Below, piece after piece: positions 32,979 to 43,451 of a stretch of DNA of 64,000 nucleotides (position 1 is the first letter of the stretch; every line of letters begins with the position of its first letter). Source of the stretch: a virus (Duplodnaviria > Caudoviricetes); the IMG/VR virus record IMGVR_UViG_3300049173_000052, positions 509 to 64,508 of that record. One strand, given 5' to 3'. The notes beneath the pieces are model-generated. The model was not told the origin of the DNA. It saw only the letters and a program-made list of their open reading frames with translations, and did no database searches. The position numbers and the translations under genes are program-made.

Positions 32979-34069
32979 GCGTCCTCCTTCGCCGAGATCG
33001 TCGCGATGGGGAAGTCTCCGCCGAGGTCGAGCGGCACGGAGAACGAGGCGACTTGGTGGAGCTCGCGGCTGCCGTCGTCGTGCGTGACCCGGATGACGTC
33101 GCCGGGTTCGAGTGCGGGGTTGGGCAGGGCGGAGATGTCGCCGGAGGCGTTGGGCGCCCGGGCGGCGGCGAGCTTGAGGTTCGCGGCTTGCGCGCAGGCG
33201 TTGGTCGTGGTGAGCGTCGACGAGCTGTAGAACATGGGCCGGCGGCCGAACGGCCCGCCCCAGTAGGTGGGGCTCGTCGGGTCGGTGTCGACGGCCAGGT
33301 GGGAGACGGGCGGGACGTTCTCCGACGTGTTCTCGCCTCTCGCCAGCACGGCGTTGAAGACGCCGTCGCTGCTCATGGCCCGGTTGCCGGAGATGTAGAC
33401 GCCGCCCTCGGTCGCTTCGACCGCCCACACCGGGGTGGTGGTGAGCAGGTCCGGGAGGGTGGAGATGACGAACACGCCGTCGGCGTTGGCGTACACCTCA
33501 GCGCCGGCTGCCGCCGCAACCTCCTGCGCTCCGGCCCACGGGTCGGCTTCGACGTCGAAGACGCGGGAGCCGATCGGGGTGTCGACGATGAGGCTGATGA
33601 CGTCGGCGGTGGGGAGGCTGCGCTGGATGAGCGCGGTGACCGCGCCGACCACGGTCCCGGACGCCTTGTACGGCTCGGTGAACTTGTCGTCGGCGACGAC
33701 CGCCTCGAGGCCCTTGCCCTGCAAGGTGACGGGCCCCTCGGTGACGTCGCCGTCGACGGAGTCCAGCCGGAACACGCCGAGCGGCACGAGCTCGGCGTCG
33801 TTGGGGTTGCCGTACTCCACCCCGCGGGAGATACGCAGCCGCGCCCCGTAGGTGGCGAGCTGGTCGGCGGGTGTGCGCGGGATGAGGGACGGGTCGGCGA
33901 TGGTGACGGTGCAGGTGCGGCGGATGGCCTGCGCCCGGTCGACGGTGACGCTGCCGCCCGTGTGCTCGAGGTCGACGACGTCCCCGTTCGTCAGGAACAG
34001 CTTCACTTCCGTGAGCGGCCGATGATCCTCGGCGAGCCGCGGCAGGAACCGGGCGGAGACGGGGTACAC
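32975..34069 (-). CDS. Minor tail / hub protein (DUF5047-like)
   Basis: GGSVTVDRAQAIRRTCTV, PLGVFRL, PNPALEPGDVI. Confidence 0.8.
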   Translation of the reverse strand: MYPVSARFLPRLAEDHRPLTEVKLFLTNGDVVDLEHTGGSVTVDRAQAIRRTCTVTIADPSLIPRTPADQLATYGARLRISRGVEYGNPNDAELVPLGVFRLDSVDGDVTEGPVTLQGKGLEAVVADDKFTEPYKASGTVVGAVTALIQRSLPTADVISLIVDTPIGSRVFDVEADPWAGAQEVAAAAGAEVYANADGVFVISTLPDLLTTTPVWAVEATEGGVYISGNRAMSSDGVFNAVLARGENTSENVPPVSHLAVDTDPTSPTYWGGPFGRRPMFYSSSTLTTTNACAQAANLKLAAARAPNASGDISALPNPALEPGDVIRVTHDDGSRELHQVASFSVPLDLGGDFPIATISAKEDA

Positions 34070-34073
34070 CGCA

Positions 34074-36308
34074 TCACCCCGTTCGCCGGTCGAGGAGTAC
34101 GTCTTCCCAGGTGGCGTACACGTCCTGAAGGTCCGCCCAGGTGGTGAACTCGGTGAGGACGTCCTGCCAGGTGCGGCCGGCGGCGCCGTTGACGCTCAGG
34201 TTGACCGGCATGTCCGCTTCGGTGAGCGGCAGCGTCCAGGCCCGCCACTGCTCTTGGGCGAGGGGGCTGACGCGGGTCTCGGTGATCTGGCCGACGTTGA
34301 CGTACATGTCGGTGACGCCGAGCCCGGGGCTGGCCTGCCACAGCAGCACGTTGCCGGAGTCGAGCAGCAGGTGCAGGGCCGCCCGTTCCTCGTCCGAGCG
34401 GGTCCAGATGGCGAGGTCCCCTTCGAGGCCCTGCCGGTTCCCGCTGAACACGACCTTGTTGCGTCGGCCCCGCACCACGAACGCGGACTGCTCGATGGGG
34501 CGCTGCCAGTCCGGGGCCCGCTGCACCATGACGAGGGTGTTGCGCTGAGGGTTCCCGGGATCCTTCAGCCAGGCCGTGTTGATGTCGGCCAGGGTCAGCG
34601 TGATGGGGCCCGAGGAGCGGGTGACCTGGACGCCGCCGCTGGCGTTGTAGACCGTGATCGCGTAGTAGTACTGCACCCCGAATGGTGCTTCGTGGTCCTC
34701 GATGACGAGCAGGTCGGACGTGATGAGCTGCCGGTCGATGAGGCCGGACGGTCCGCGCACGAGAGTGCGGGTTCCGTCCGCGGCGACACGGTGCACGGTG
34801 ATCGTGAAGTCGTCGAGAGGCAGCTCGCGCAGCGTCAGCGTGGCGTAGCCGCCGTCGGAGTGCGCCTCGACCGCGGTCTGCGGCAGCACCTCCCACAGGA
34901 CGACCTGGTCCACGTTCAGCACGCTCGCCGTGGTCGCCGCGGTGACCACCAGATCGATGGACGCCTGCGTGGCCCCGGCGGGGGCGATGCTGTCCGAGGG
35001 CATGACGTACCAGGCGGAGCCGGGCACACCGTAGGAGACGCCGCCGCTGACGCCCACCTCGACGTTGGCGGCGTTGTACCAGCGGACCCGCACCACCACG
35101 GACGTCCATGAGCCCGCGTAGGGGTGGGCGAGGATCTGCGCCCGCCAGTTCGCGCCCTCGATCACCGGGAACTTTGCGGATCGGATCGTCGAGGTGGTGG
35201 CCGTGCTGGAGGTGATCGCCAGGGAGTAGGCGCCCTCGAAGTAGCTGACGCCCCACGGGCTGGTGCGGGCGATCGTGGCGACGCCGTTGGCCACCGTCCA
35301 CCCGGCCACGCCCTGCTCGAACGAGCCGTCCGCATACGGCACGACGGTGCCGGACTGCAGCTCGGGCGCCGCGGTGATGACGACCGTCTCCAGCCGCAGC
35401 ACCTGCCCCGCGGACGCCCCGTCGAGGCCGGCGGCGAGCGAGCAGGTGGCTGCGCCCGCGGGCGCCGTAGCGGAGACCCGCTGCCGGTACATGCCGGTCG
35501 CCGGGGTGGGAGGCGCCAGCACCGAACGGGTGGCCTGGATCTGGTTGCCGTTGACGTCGTAGAAGCGCAGCTCGATCCACGCCGTCGACGCCACCGTGGG
35601 CGGCTGCAGGTAGGCGTAGGCCAGGTACTCCTGACCTGGGGTGACGGTGGGCCGGTCCACCGCCAGGATGGACGCGTTGCCCGCGGCGATAGCGGTCATC
35701 GCCAGGGTCTGGCCGCCAGCGAGGTAGTTGTCGACCGCCCAGCCCATGACCGGCGTCTGCCGGCTGATCGAGGCGTTGACGACCGGCGCCCAGCCCGAGG
35801 CGTCCACCTCGGACGATTCGGTGTTGAAGGGGAAGAGGTTTCCGATCGTCCGGAGAGGTGCCCCGAGGTAGATGTTCTCCCAGAAGTGGGAGGCGGCCCC
35901 CGCGGTCTCCGTCGACGACAGCAGCACCTGCGCCTGTGTCGCCCCCGACGGGGCCACCCCGGCGACGGACACGCGATGCCAGTTCGCCGAGGATCCCGTG
36001 GTCGGCACCGACCAGGTGATGCCGAGCTGGATCGCCCCGTACATCCAGCGGATACCGATCCGCTCCCCCACCACACCAGCCGTGTCGGCGAACGCGTAGT
36101 ACGTCGCCCCGGAGGTGATCGGGTAGGAGGAGACGGTGCGGGCCTGCATCTCCCCCGCAGCCACCGACCGGACGGACAGGCAGCCGCCCCCGCCCGTCCG
36201 GCCCCCGATACCCATGAGGATCGTGCAGTTGAGGTGCGACGTCCAGCCCGACGTGTTCGGATCGATGGTCTCCGTCGTCGCCGAGAGGAGGTTCCCGGGG
36301 ATCGGCAT
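34074..36308 (-). CDS. Distal tail protein with about three carbohydrate-binding (CBM4/9-like) modules
   Basis: Repeated NL....E....GW modules, then a Dit-like C-terminus (WLKDPGNP...). Confidence 0.75.
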   Translation of the reverse strand: MPIPGNLLSATTETIDPNTSGWTSHLNCTILMGIGGRTGGGGCLSVRSVAAGEMQARTVSSYPITSGATYYAFADTAGVVGERIGIRWMYGAIQLGITWSVPTTGSSANWHRVSVAGVAPSGATQAQVLLSSTETAGAASHFWENIYLGAPLRTIGNLFPFNTESSEVDASGWAPVVNASISRQTPVMGWAVDNYLAGGQTLAMTAIAAGNASILAVDRPTVTPGQEYLAYAYLQPPTVASTAWIELRFYDVNGNQIQATRSVLAPPTPATGMYRQRVSATAPAGAATCSLAAGLDGASAGQVLRLETVVITAAPELQSGTVVPYADGSFEQGVAGWTVANGVATIARTSPWGVSYFEGAYSLAITSSTATTSTIRSAKFPVIEGANWRAQILAHPYAGSWTSVVVRVRWYNAANVEVGVSGGVSYGVPGSAWYVMPSDSIAPAGATQASIDLVVTAATTASVLNVDQVVLWEVLPQTAVEAHSDGGYATLTLRELPLDDFTITVHRVAADGTRTLVRGPSGLIDRQLITSDLLVIEDHEAPFGVQYYYAITVYNASGGVQVTRSSGPITLTLADINTAWLKDPGNPQRNTLVMVQRAPDWQRPIEQSAFVVRGRRNKVVFSGNRQGLEGDLAIWTRSDEERAALHLLLDSGNVLLWQASPGLGVTDMYVNVGQITETRVSPLAQEQWRAWTLPLTEADMPVNLSVNGAAGRTWQDVLTEFTTWADLQDVYATWEDVLLDRRTG

Positions 36309-39300
36309 CAGGCCCTCCTCCCTCCACGGCCAGCGGCCATCACCATGCGGTCCCGTTCCATGACCACCTGCTGCGCCTCACCGCGCACCTTCCCGAGGAA
36401 CTCACCCGAGTCGAGGTAGAGGTCGCCCTCGAAGGAGGCCGGCCCGTTTGAACCGCCGCGGGCCGCCAGGGAGGTTAGTGCGTTGGCCTGCGCCGTCGTG
36501 AAGACCGGCTCCGGCCTACCGGTGCCGTTGTAGGCGAGGTTCATCCCGGGCTGGAGGTAACCGCCGGAGTCGTAGCTGCCGGGCTTGAAGCCGTACCAGC
36601 TACCGAAGAGGCGGTCGTTGTAGCCGCGGGCCCGGGGCCCGACGACGACGCCATCGCCGCCGCGGCTCTCCACCTTCGTCTTACCGAGGGTGCCTGCCGT
36701 GTGGCCGACGCCCTTGTTGGTGATGCCGATCCGGAAGGGCGAGTTGCCGTGGTAGACCCATCCGGGCGGGGCGGTCTTCCCGTTGAAGGCCATCGTCGCC
36801 CAGCGCCGATGCGGCTTCTGACCTCGAATGACGGACTCGATGGCGGACATGAAGCCGGAGCAGTCCCAGCTCGGATCGCCGTTGCCGGCCCACTGGTAGG
36901 GCTTGCCGTTCTGGGTCTTCGCCCAGCGCAGCGCCGCCTGGATGCGGGGGCCTCCGATGCCGCCACCACCCCGCTTGTCGGCCTCCTCCGAGTAGCCGAA
37001 CAGGGCGTCGATGATTTTCGTCGGGATGCGACGGATCATCTTGCCGAACCCGGTGTCCATGCCGGGGAAGGAGTTCAGCAGCGGGTTCACCACGTTCTTC
37101 ACGCCCGCTCGAGCGGACGCCTCGAGCGTGTCGCTGAGCCAGGACGCACCCTTCTTGACCAGGTTCCAGGCGTCGGAGCCGGCGCCGACCGCAGCGCTCG
37201 CGGTCTTCTTGATCCAGCCGAAGATGCCGCCGTCCGCGAACCGCTGCACCATGCCGCCGTTGGCGTAGCGGAGCGAGCGGTCCGTAGACATGGCCGGGTT
37301 GCCGCCGAGCACGGGGGCCAGGGCGGCTTTGACGCCCTGAGCACCCCGGGACTTGGCGATCCGGTTGAAGTAGCCGACGAACCCGGAGCCGACCGCCCGG
37401 GTGAACTCCGGCCGCATGATGGCCTCGCCGCCGCTGAGCTCCAGCTGGCCACCGGTCGGGGACAGGAACTTGTGGACGTCGCGGCCCGGCGTGTAGCCGG
37501 GCATCACGCCACCGCTGGCGAACTTGTAGGTCGACAGCTTGGGCGCCCCAAACGCGGAGGCGACCTTGTTCCAGACGGCGACGATGCCCTTGTTGTAGAC
37601 GGTGTCGACGACGAACTGGACGGGCTTCCTCGAAATGGACTTGATCTTGTCCCAGGCCGTTCGGATGCCGCTGACCGCGGTGTCGAACGCGCCTCTCAGG
37701 CTCTTGACGATCTCCTTGAAGCGCTCGAAGACGGGCTTGATGCCCTTCTCCCACGCCCACTTCCCCGCGGCCACGATGCCGTTCCAGGCAGGTTTGATGG
37801 CGTTCTGCCACAGCCACTTGCCCCAGCGGCCGACCTCCTGCATGCCCTGCCAGATGAAGCGGAAGACCGGCCGCAAGGCCTTCTCCCACATCCACTTGGC
37901 GCCAGTCTGGATCCCCGCCCAGGCCGGTTTGATGGCGTTGTTCCACAGCCACTTGGCCTTGTCGCCGATCCACTGGAACGTGGGCCGGAAGACGTTGGTC
38001 CAGAGCCACTTGGCGATCCAGGCGATGCCCTCGAACGCAGGCTTGATCGCGTTCTTCCACAGCCACATCGCCACCCAGGCGATCAGCTTGAACGCCGCAT
38101 ACAGCGGCAGGAAGACGATCGTGACCAGGGCGGTGAGCAGGATCTTCCCAATGAAGACGATGCCGTTGAAGGCGGGCTTGATGGCGTTGTTCCAGAGCCA
38201 CATAGCCCACCGGCCGACGGTCTGCAGGCCGCCCCAGATGGCGGTGAACGCCGGCTTGAGAGCGTTGTTCCACAGCCACAGGGCGCCCGTCTTGATTGCC
38301 GACCAGACGGTCTGCACGGCAGCCCGGAACCAGGCGAAGCGCCGGTAGAGGTAGATGACCGCGAGGACGACGCCTGCAATGGCGAGGGCGATCCAGCCCC
38401 ACGGCCCCGCCATGCTGATCAGTTGGAACGCGGCCATTGCCGCGTTGACGAGGATCATGGCCAGCCGCCAGGCGCGGGTGGCCGCCCACAGCCCCCACAG
38501 GCCGATGACCAGCTCAGGCACGTGGGTGGCCAGCGAGCTGACGCCCTCGGCCATCTTGCCGAGGATCTCAAGCAGCGGGCCGGAAACCGGCGCCAGGGCT
38601 TGGCCGAGGTCAAGGAACGCCTTGGCGATCTTTCCGAGGGTCTCGGCGACGAGCGGCCCGTGCTCCGAGGAGTACGACAAGAACCGCTCGAAGGCCGGGC
38701 TGCCCTTCAGGCTGGTACCCCAGTCCGCGAAGCGCTTCGTGACCCGCTGCATGCGCTCCGAGATGGAGTCCATGTGCGGGAAGAAGGCCTGCAAGATGCC
38801 CGCCATGCCCTTGAACACGTTGCCGAAGGAGACGCCCAGTCCCTCGATCGCGGGCTTGATGGAGCCCTGCAGGTCCGTCTTGAAGGTCTTCCACCAGGGC
38901 GACTTGAACCCGGCGCTGGCCCGGTCCTGGAGCCTCTTGATGGCGTCAGCTGCCTCCAGGACGAACGGAGTCAGGCCGGGAAGGCTGCTCTTTAGTCCCA
39001 TCAGCGCGCGCGTGAAGATCGGCATCACGGCGGGCTGCAGCGCCTTCGACCATGCCGAGAAGGCGGTACGCAGACCAAGGAACGCGTTGAACGTCTCCCG
39101 GGCGGCCGGCGTCAGCTTCGCCAGCTCGGCCTGGTACTTGGCCTGCGCGATGGCAGCCTGATCCACGCCCCCGGCCGCCTGAAGCGACGCGGAGGCAATC
39201 TGGCGCTGGGCTGACGCGATCGAATCCGCAGCCGACTGCTGTGCCTCTGCGAGCTGCTCCTGAGCTCGGGCCACGGAGCGGGCCCCGTCCTCCTGGGTGC

Positions 39301-40834
39301 GGGCGACGTTGCGCTGCGCCTCGGCGACGGCCTGCTGGGCTTCGACCTGCTGGCGAGCCGCGTCCTGCCGCGCCTGGGCGAGCTCCTTCTGCTGGTCCGC
39401 GACCGCCTTGTCGGCCTGCCGGAGACGCTCCTGCGCGTCCTGGACCGTCTTGGAGCCTTCGACGCCAGCCTTGTCGGCGGCCTTCTTCTGGTTGGTCAGG
39501 CTCTTCGTCTCGGCCTGCTGCTCCGCCAGGCGCTGCAGGGCCTGGTCGTAGGCGAGCTGCGCACGCTGCTGCTCCAGCAGGGACGCCTTCGACCCGGACG
39601 CCTGCACCGCGGCCAGCCGCTGCCGGGCCTCCTCGACCGACAGAACCGCGTCCCGCTCAGACAGTTGCGCGTTGGTGAGGCGGGTCTCCAGGTCGGCGAG
39701 TTCCTGCGCCGCGTCGCGACGGGCCTGGTTCAGGTCCTGCTGCGCCTGCCGCGCGTCACGCTGCGCGTCAGCCAGCGTCTCCTCTGCCCGGGCCACCTGC
39801 TCGGCGGCCTGCCGCTGACGTTCCGCGGCCTGCTGGACGGCGTCCGCGAGCTGCTGCTTGGCCCGCCGGTTGGCCTCTGAGGCGGAGCGCACCGCGTCTG
39901 CGACGCCCTGCTCGGCCTGCCGGATCTGCCGTGCTGCGTTCCGGTGCGCGGACGCCAGGGACTGCTGAGCGGAGGCCATCTGCAGCGCCCGCTGAGCGCC
40001 CTGAGATGCGGCCTGTCCGCCCCGCATCGTGGCGCTCGTGGCCGCGTCCTGGGCGGCCTTCTGCGCCTGCATGACCTTGCCCATCTGAGCGAAGGCCGGT
40101 ACCGCGACCAGAGCGATGGATCCGATGCCGACGGCGGCAGCCGACGCCGCAGCGGCGATCGCTCCCAGCCCGGCGGCGACCACCGGCAGGGCCGGGATGA
40201 TGGCCGGGCCGAACGTGATCGCCGCCGTCGACAGCAGATTCAGGTTCGCCGCCGCCGACCTGGTGTCGACATCGACATTGGCGGTCTGCCCGTCCAGGCG
40301 GTTCACCTGAGCCTGGATCGCCGCGAGCGTCGTGGCCGCGCTCGCGGCGTCGACCCGGATCGCCACGTCGGCATCCGACGCCGACAGCCGCTGGAGACGC
40401 TGCTGCAGGTGGTTGATGGCGGCGACCGCGTCAGCGGAGCTGATGTCGATGCCGATCCGCGAATCCTGCAGCGTCTGCAGCTGCCGGCGGATGTTGTAGA
40501 TCTCCCGCTGGGCGTCCGTGCTGTTGGCGTGCAGCCGGACCTCGGGCAGGTTGCGCAGGGCCGCTTCGAGGGTGGTGCGCAGCGACCGGGCGAACGTGCT
40601 GCCCGTCGCCTGGCCCTGGCGTGCCGCGGGCGCTTGCGCAGTACGCCCGCCGTTGGTGACGCCGTCGCGGATGGCCTGCGCGACCTGAGTGGAGACGTGC
40701 CGGCCGATGATCCGGCCGACCTCCTCGCCCACCTCGTCCGCGGCAGGCACAAGGGCGCCCTGGAGACGGGCCCGGATCCCCTGAGTGTTGGGGACGACGT
40801 CGACCTCGACGGAACCCACGCTGATGGCGGCCAC
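36308..40834 (-). CDS. Tape measure protein with C-terminal NlpC/P60-CHAP-like peptidase
   Basis: 1508 aa, Ala/Gln coiled coil, W-rich repeats, KPYQWAG...WDCSG...GHT. Confidence 0.92.
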   Translation of the reverse strand: MAAISVGSVEVDVVPNTQGIRARLQGALVPAADEVGEEVGRIIGRHVSTQVAQAIRDGVTNGGRTAQAPAARQGQATGSTFARSLRTTLEAALRNLPEVRLHANSTDAQREIYNIRRQLQTLQDSRIGIDISSADAVAAINHLQQRLQRLSASDADVAIRVDAASAATTLAAIQAQVNRLDGQTANVDVDTRSAAANLNLLSTAAITFGPAIIPALPVVAAGLGAIAAAASAAAVGIGSIALVAVPAFAQMGKVMQAQKAAQDAATSATMRGGQAASQGAQRALQMASAQQSLASAHRNAARQIRQAEQGVADAVRSASEANRRAKQQLADAVQQAAERQRQAAEQVARAEETLADAQRDARQAQQDLNQARRDAAQELADLETRLTNAQLSERDAVLSVEEARQRLAAVQASGSKASLLEQQRAQLAYDQALQRLAEQQAETKSLTNQKKAADKAGVEGSKTVQDAQERLRQADKAVADQQKELAQARQDAARQQVEAQQAVAEAQRNVARTQEDGARSVARAQEQLAEAQQSAADSIASAQRQIASASLQAAGGVDQAAIAQAKYQAELAKLTPAARETFNAFLGLRTAFSAWSKALQPAVMPIFTRALMGLKSSLPGLTPFVLEAADAIKRLQDRASAGFKSPWWKTFKTDLQGSIKPAIEGLGVSFGNVFKGMAGILQAFFPHMDSISERMQRVTKRFADWGTSLKGSPAFERFLSYSSEHGPLVAETLGKIAKAFLDLGQALAPVSGPLLEILGKMAEGVSSLATHVPELVIGLWGLWAATRAWRLAMILVNAAMAAFQLISMAGPWGWIALAIAGVVLAVIYLYRRFAWFRAAVQTVWSAIKTGALWLWNNALKPAFTAIWGGLQTVGRWAMWLWNNAIKPAFNGIVFIGKILLTALVTIVFLPLYAAFKLIAWVAMWLWKNAIKPAFEGIAWIAKWLWTNVFRPTFQWIGDKAKWLWNNAIKPAWAGIQTGAKWMWEKALRPVFRFIWQGMQEVGRWGKWLWQNAIKPAWNGIVAAGKWAWEKGIKPVFERFKEIVKSLRGAFDTAVSGIRTAWDKIKSISRKPVQFVVDTVYNKGIVAVWNKVASAFGAPKLSTYKFASGGVMPGYTPGRDVHKFLSPTGGQLELSGGEAIMRPEFTRAVGSGFVGYFNRIAKSRGAQGVKAALAPVLGGNPAMSTDRSLRYANGGMVQRFADGGIFGWIKKTASAAVGAGSDAWNLVKKGASWLSDTLEASARAGVKNVVNPLLNSFPGMDTGFGKMIRRIPTKIIDALFGYSEEADKRGGGGIGGPRIQAALRWAKTQNGKPYQWAGNGDPSWDCSGFMSAIESVIRGQKPHRRWATMAFNGKTAPPGWVYHGNSPFRIGITNKGVGHTAGTLGKTKVESRGGDGVVVGPRARGYNDRLFGSWYGFKPGSYDSGGYLQPGMNLAYNGTGRPEPVFTTAQANALTSLAARGGSNGPASFEGDLYLDSGEFLGKVRGEAQQVVMERDRMVMAAGRGGRRA

Positions 40835-40852
40835 GGCACCTCCTCCGTGGCG

Positions 40853-41607
40853 CTACTCGGCGCCCCCCTGAATGAGCTGGAACAGCCGGTTGGCGCTGTT
40901 CTCGTTGAGCTTCGGCTTCGCCTTGCGCGGCGCAGCGCCGGGGCGGCGGATCGGCTCAGGCGGATCCGGACGCTTGCTCTTCTTCTCGATGTTCACGCAG
41001 AGCAGCACCCACTCCAGGCGTGCCACCCGGTCCGCCACGACGGCCACGAGTTGCTCGAGCTGGGACCAACGGGCCTTCTCTGGCTCGCCGCCCTCGGCCT
41101 GCCCGGCGAGCTCTTCCGGATCCGTGGCATTGCGCAGCGCAGTCCACGTCGCGGACTCAGGCGGCAGGTGCTGGATCAGGATCCGCAGACGCCGCCACGA
41201 CATGCGCCCACGGTGGACGTCGAGGACGTCGATGCCCCGCTCGAGCAGGTCGGCCTCTACCGCTTCCGCGTGCTGCGTGAGGACCGCGAAGGTCCACTGG
41301 ATTTCCCCAGGGCCTCACCGCTGATCCTGCTGGCGTCCGCCACGAACTTGCCAAAGCCATCCATGGTCGGGTCGAGTTCCTCGAAGATCTCGAAGTCGTC
41401 CGGGTGGAGGTTGATCTCCATGAAGGTGTCGATCTCGCCGGAGTTGAGGGCGCGGATCGTCGAGGCCCGCCAGCGTCCGGCGGGCACGCAGCGGACGTCC
41501 TTGGTGACGCCGTCGTGTCCGGCGAGGGGCACTGTGACGTACTCCTGCTCGTCGGCCTCGGCTTCCTGGGCGCGGGCGGCTTCGATCTGGTCCTTGGTGG
41601 CGGGCAT
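40853..41607 (-). CDS. Tail assembly chaperone, long form by -1 frameshift
   Basis: After GGGGAAA the -1 frame reads EIQWTFAVLTQHAEAVEADL... into ORF 40853..41203. Confidence 0.8.
41257..41607 (-). CDS. Tail assembly chaperone, short form
   Basis: Between major tail and tape measure; ends GEALGKSSGPSRSSRSTRKR. Confidence 0.85.
   Translation of the reverse strand: MPATKDQIEAARAQEAEADEQEYVTVPLAGHDGVTKDVRCVPAGRWRASTIRALNSGEIDTFMEINLHPDDFEIFEELDPTMDGFGKFVADASRISGEALGKSSGPSRSSRSTRKR
41302..41308 (-). other. Programmed -1 frameshift slippery site GGGGAAA
   Basis: Position and frame shift match the lambda G/GT arrangement. Confidence 0.8.
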
Positions 41608-41706
41608 GGCGCGGGCCTCCTTCTGTGCAGGGCGCGGGCTCGATTAGGAAGTGTTTAGGAGGTGGACGGGCCGGGCCCGCGCCAGGGTGACGGCCCGTCC
41701 ACCGGC

Positions 41707-42294
41707 TCAGGACCCGGTGTACGCCTCGGTCTCCGGGACGCGGTCGAAGTGGTAGACGGTGTTGCCGCTGACGTCCGGGTAGGCGGTGATCGTCCACTCG
41801 AAGCCGGCGATCTCGTCCTGCTTGTGGGTGACGTCCGAGCGCTCGGTGATCTCGCCCTCGGGGACGTAGAAGCCGCGCTGGAAGTTGTCGCCGTCGAGGA
41901 CGACGAACCAGAACGCCCTGCGGTCCGGCACCGGGGAGGCGGTCTCCGCGAACGTCGTCAGGCCCGACGTGGGAGCGAGGTCGGCGCTGTCGATGCGGTA
42001 CTGCAGCGACTGCACCGTGGTGCGGCCGGTCTCCCACACCGTCAGCCCGAACGTGCGCAGGCTGGACGTGATGGTGGTGCGGATCGGGGCGGTGTAGCCC
42101 CAGGGGGTGAAGGACTGGGTGTCCTCCTCGAAGCCCTGCACCAGACCGTCGTCGGAGATGGCGCCGAGCGGCAGCCACGGCGAGGCCGGCTGGATGGCGG
42201 GGTCTCCGGGCGAGGTGCTGCCGAGGGGGGCGACCCAGCCGCCGCCGTTCGCGCCGACTTCCAGAAGGTCCGCCGCGCGGGTGATCGAAACCAT
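41707..42294 (-). CDS. Major tail protein
   Basis: WLPLGAISDDGL, PWG, TITAYPD. Confidence 0.88.
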   Translation of the reverse strand: MVSITRAADLLEVGANGGGWVAPLGSTSPGDPAIQPASPWLPLGAISDDGLVQGFEEDTQSFTPWGYTAPIRTTITSSLRTFGLTVWETGRTTVQSLQYRIDSADLAPTSGLTTFAETASPVPDRRAFWFVVLDGDNFQRGFYVPEGEITERSDVTHKQDEIAGFEWTITAYPDVSGNTVYHFDRVPETEAYTGS

Positions 42295-42368
42295 GAAGGG
42301 TCTCCAGACATGCGAAGACCCCGCGGCAGGCGGGGTCGGATTACAGGGTCCGGCGCGGGCCCAGCCGG

Positions 42369-42770
42369 TCAGGAGACCGGGTGACTGTGGATCTCGTAGA
42401 CCGCCCCGACACGTCGCAGGGCGGTGTTCTCATAGGGGCGCACCCCAGGGGCGCTGATCGTGCCCACCCGGCTGAACACGGCCGCCTCCGTTGAGGTGCC
42501 GCGCAGCTCGGTCAGTAGCAGGCCGCGGATTGTTGCTGACAGGGCGATCGCCTCGGCGCGCGTCGCGGCGTACACGTCGATGTCGATGAAGGCCCGGTCG
42601 AGGCGGATCCCGTCATCGCCGCCCGACGGGATCCGCTGCACCTGCACCGTGGGTAGCTCATTGAGGAGGTTGTTGTCCGTCTCGTCGCGGACGACGACAT
42701 CGGGGTCGAGGCGGGCGCGCAGCCACACGATGACCTCCAGCTCGACGTCGACCGAACCGACGGCGGCCAT
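42369..42770 (-). CDS. Tail terminator protein
   Basis: LPTVQVQRIPSGGDD...IDIDVYAATR. Confidence 0.8.
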   Translation of the reverse strand: MAAVGSVDVELEVIVWLRARLDPDVVVRDETDNNLLNELPTVQVQRIPSGGDDGIRLDRAFIDIDVYAATRAEAIALSATIRGLLLTELRGTSTEAAVFSRVGTISAPGVRPYENTALRRVGAVYEIHSHPVS

Positions 42771-43096
42771 CAGTCGCCACCCGTGGCAGCCGCCCGCAGC
42801 AGGACGTGGTGCGCGGGGACCCGCTCGGTGCCGTACTCCACCCACCGGGCGTAGTACGTCGGGTTCCGCACGTAAGCCACCGCACGGTCACGGCGCCGGC
42901 CGCCCCTCCGGGTGCTGGCGACTTCCCAGGCGCCCTTGTACTGGCCCGGGTGCGGGTCGCCTGAGTTGCCGACCGGTGAGAGGGCGACCGCAGACGCCTT
43001 GATGTTTTCGGCGCGGCGTACCAGGTCGGCCCGGATCATCTCCGACTTCAGGAGCTGGCCCACGCCTTTCCGCTTCATCTTGAACCGGGCTGCCAT
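42770..43096 (-). CDS. HK97 gp10-like neck protein
   Basis: SPV...GQYKGAW...YARWVEYGT. Confidence 0.8.
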   Translation of the reverse strand: MAARFKMKRKGVGQLLKSEMIRADLVRRAENIKASAVALSPVGNSGDPHPGQYKGAWEVASTRRGGRRRDRAVAYVRNPTYYARWVEYGTERVPAHHVLLRAAATGGD

Positions 43097-43127
43097 ACCC
43101 TCAACTCCTCACACTCAAGGGGGGCGT

Positions 43128-43451
43128 ATGGACGTCAAAGGCGTGCTCGGCCGCATCAGCTTCGATGGCGAATGGGTCACCATCACGAAGACGCCGCTCG
43201 GGCCGAAGCCGGCACCGGTGCGGATCAGGGCCGCGGACGTGACCGGCAGCCGCTTCAAGCCGGGCAACCGGCTGTTCCACGGCTACGTGCAGTTCCTCAT
43301 GCCGGACAGTCAGCCCGCCCCGGAGAAGCCCACCGGCTCGTTCGGTGGCGGCAGGCCGCCGTATGAGGACCCGTACAGCCTGTCCATCCCGCGCAAGAGC
43401 AACGACGCCGCCGAGAAGCTGATCGCCGCCGTCGAGCAGGCCCGCGGCTAG
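43128..43451 (+). CDS. DUF4429-like (PH-fold) protein; antisense moron in the structural operon
   Basis: KGVLGRISFDGEWVTI...GYVQF; GGGGG RBS; occupies a gap between neck and stopper genes. Confidence 0.7.
   Translation: MDVKGVLGRISFDGEWVTITKTPLGPKPAPVRIRAADVTGSRFKPGNRLFHGYVQFLMPDSQPAPEKPTGSFGGGRPPYEDPYSLSIPRKSNDAAEKLIAAVEQARG

Noticed and set aside
40853-41607. Apparent frameshifted pseudogene
   Set aside because: Standard programmed -1 frameshift of tail assembly chaperones at GGGGAAA.
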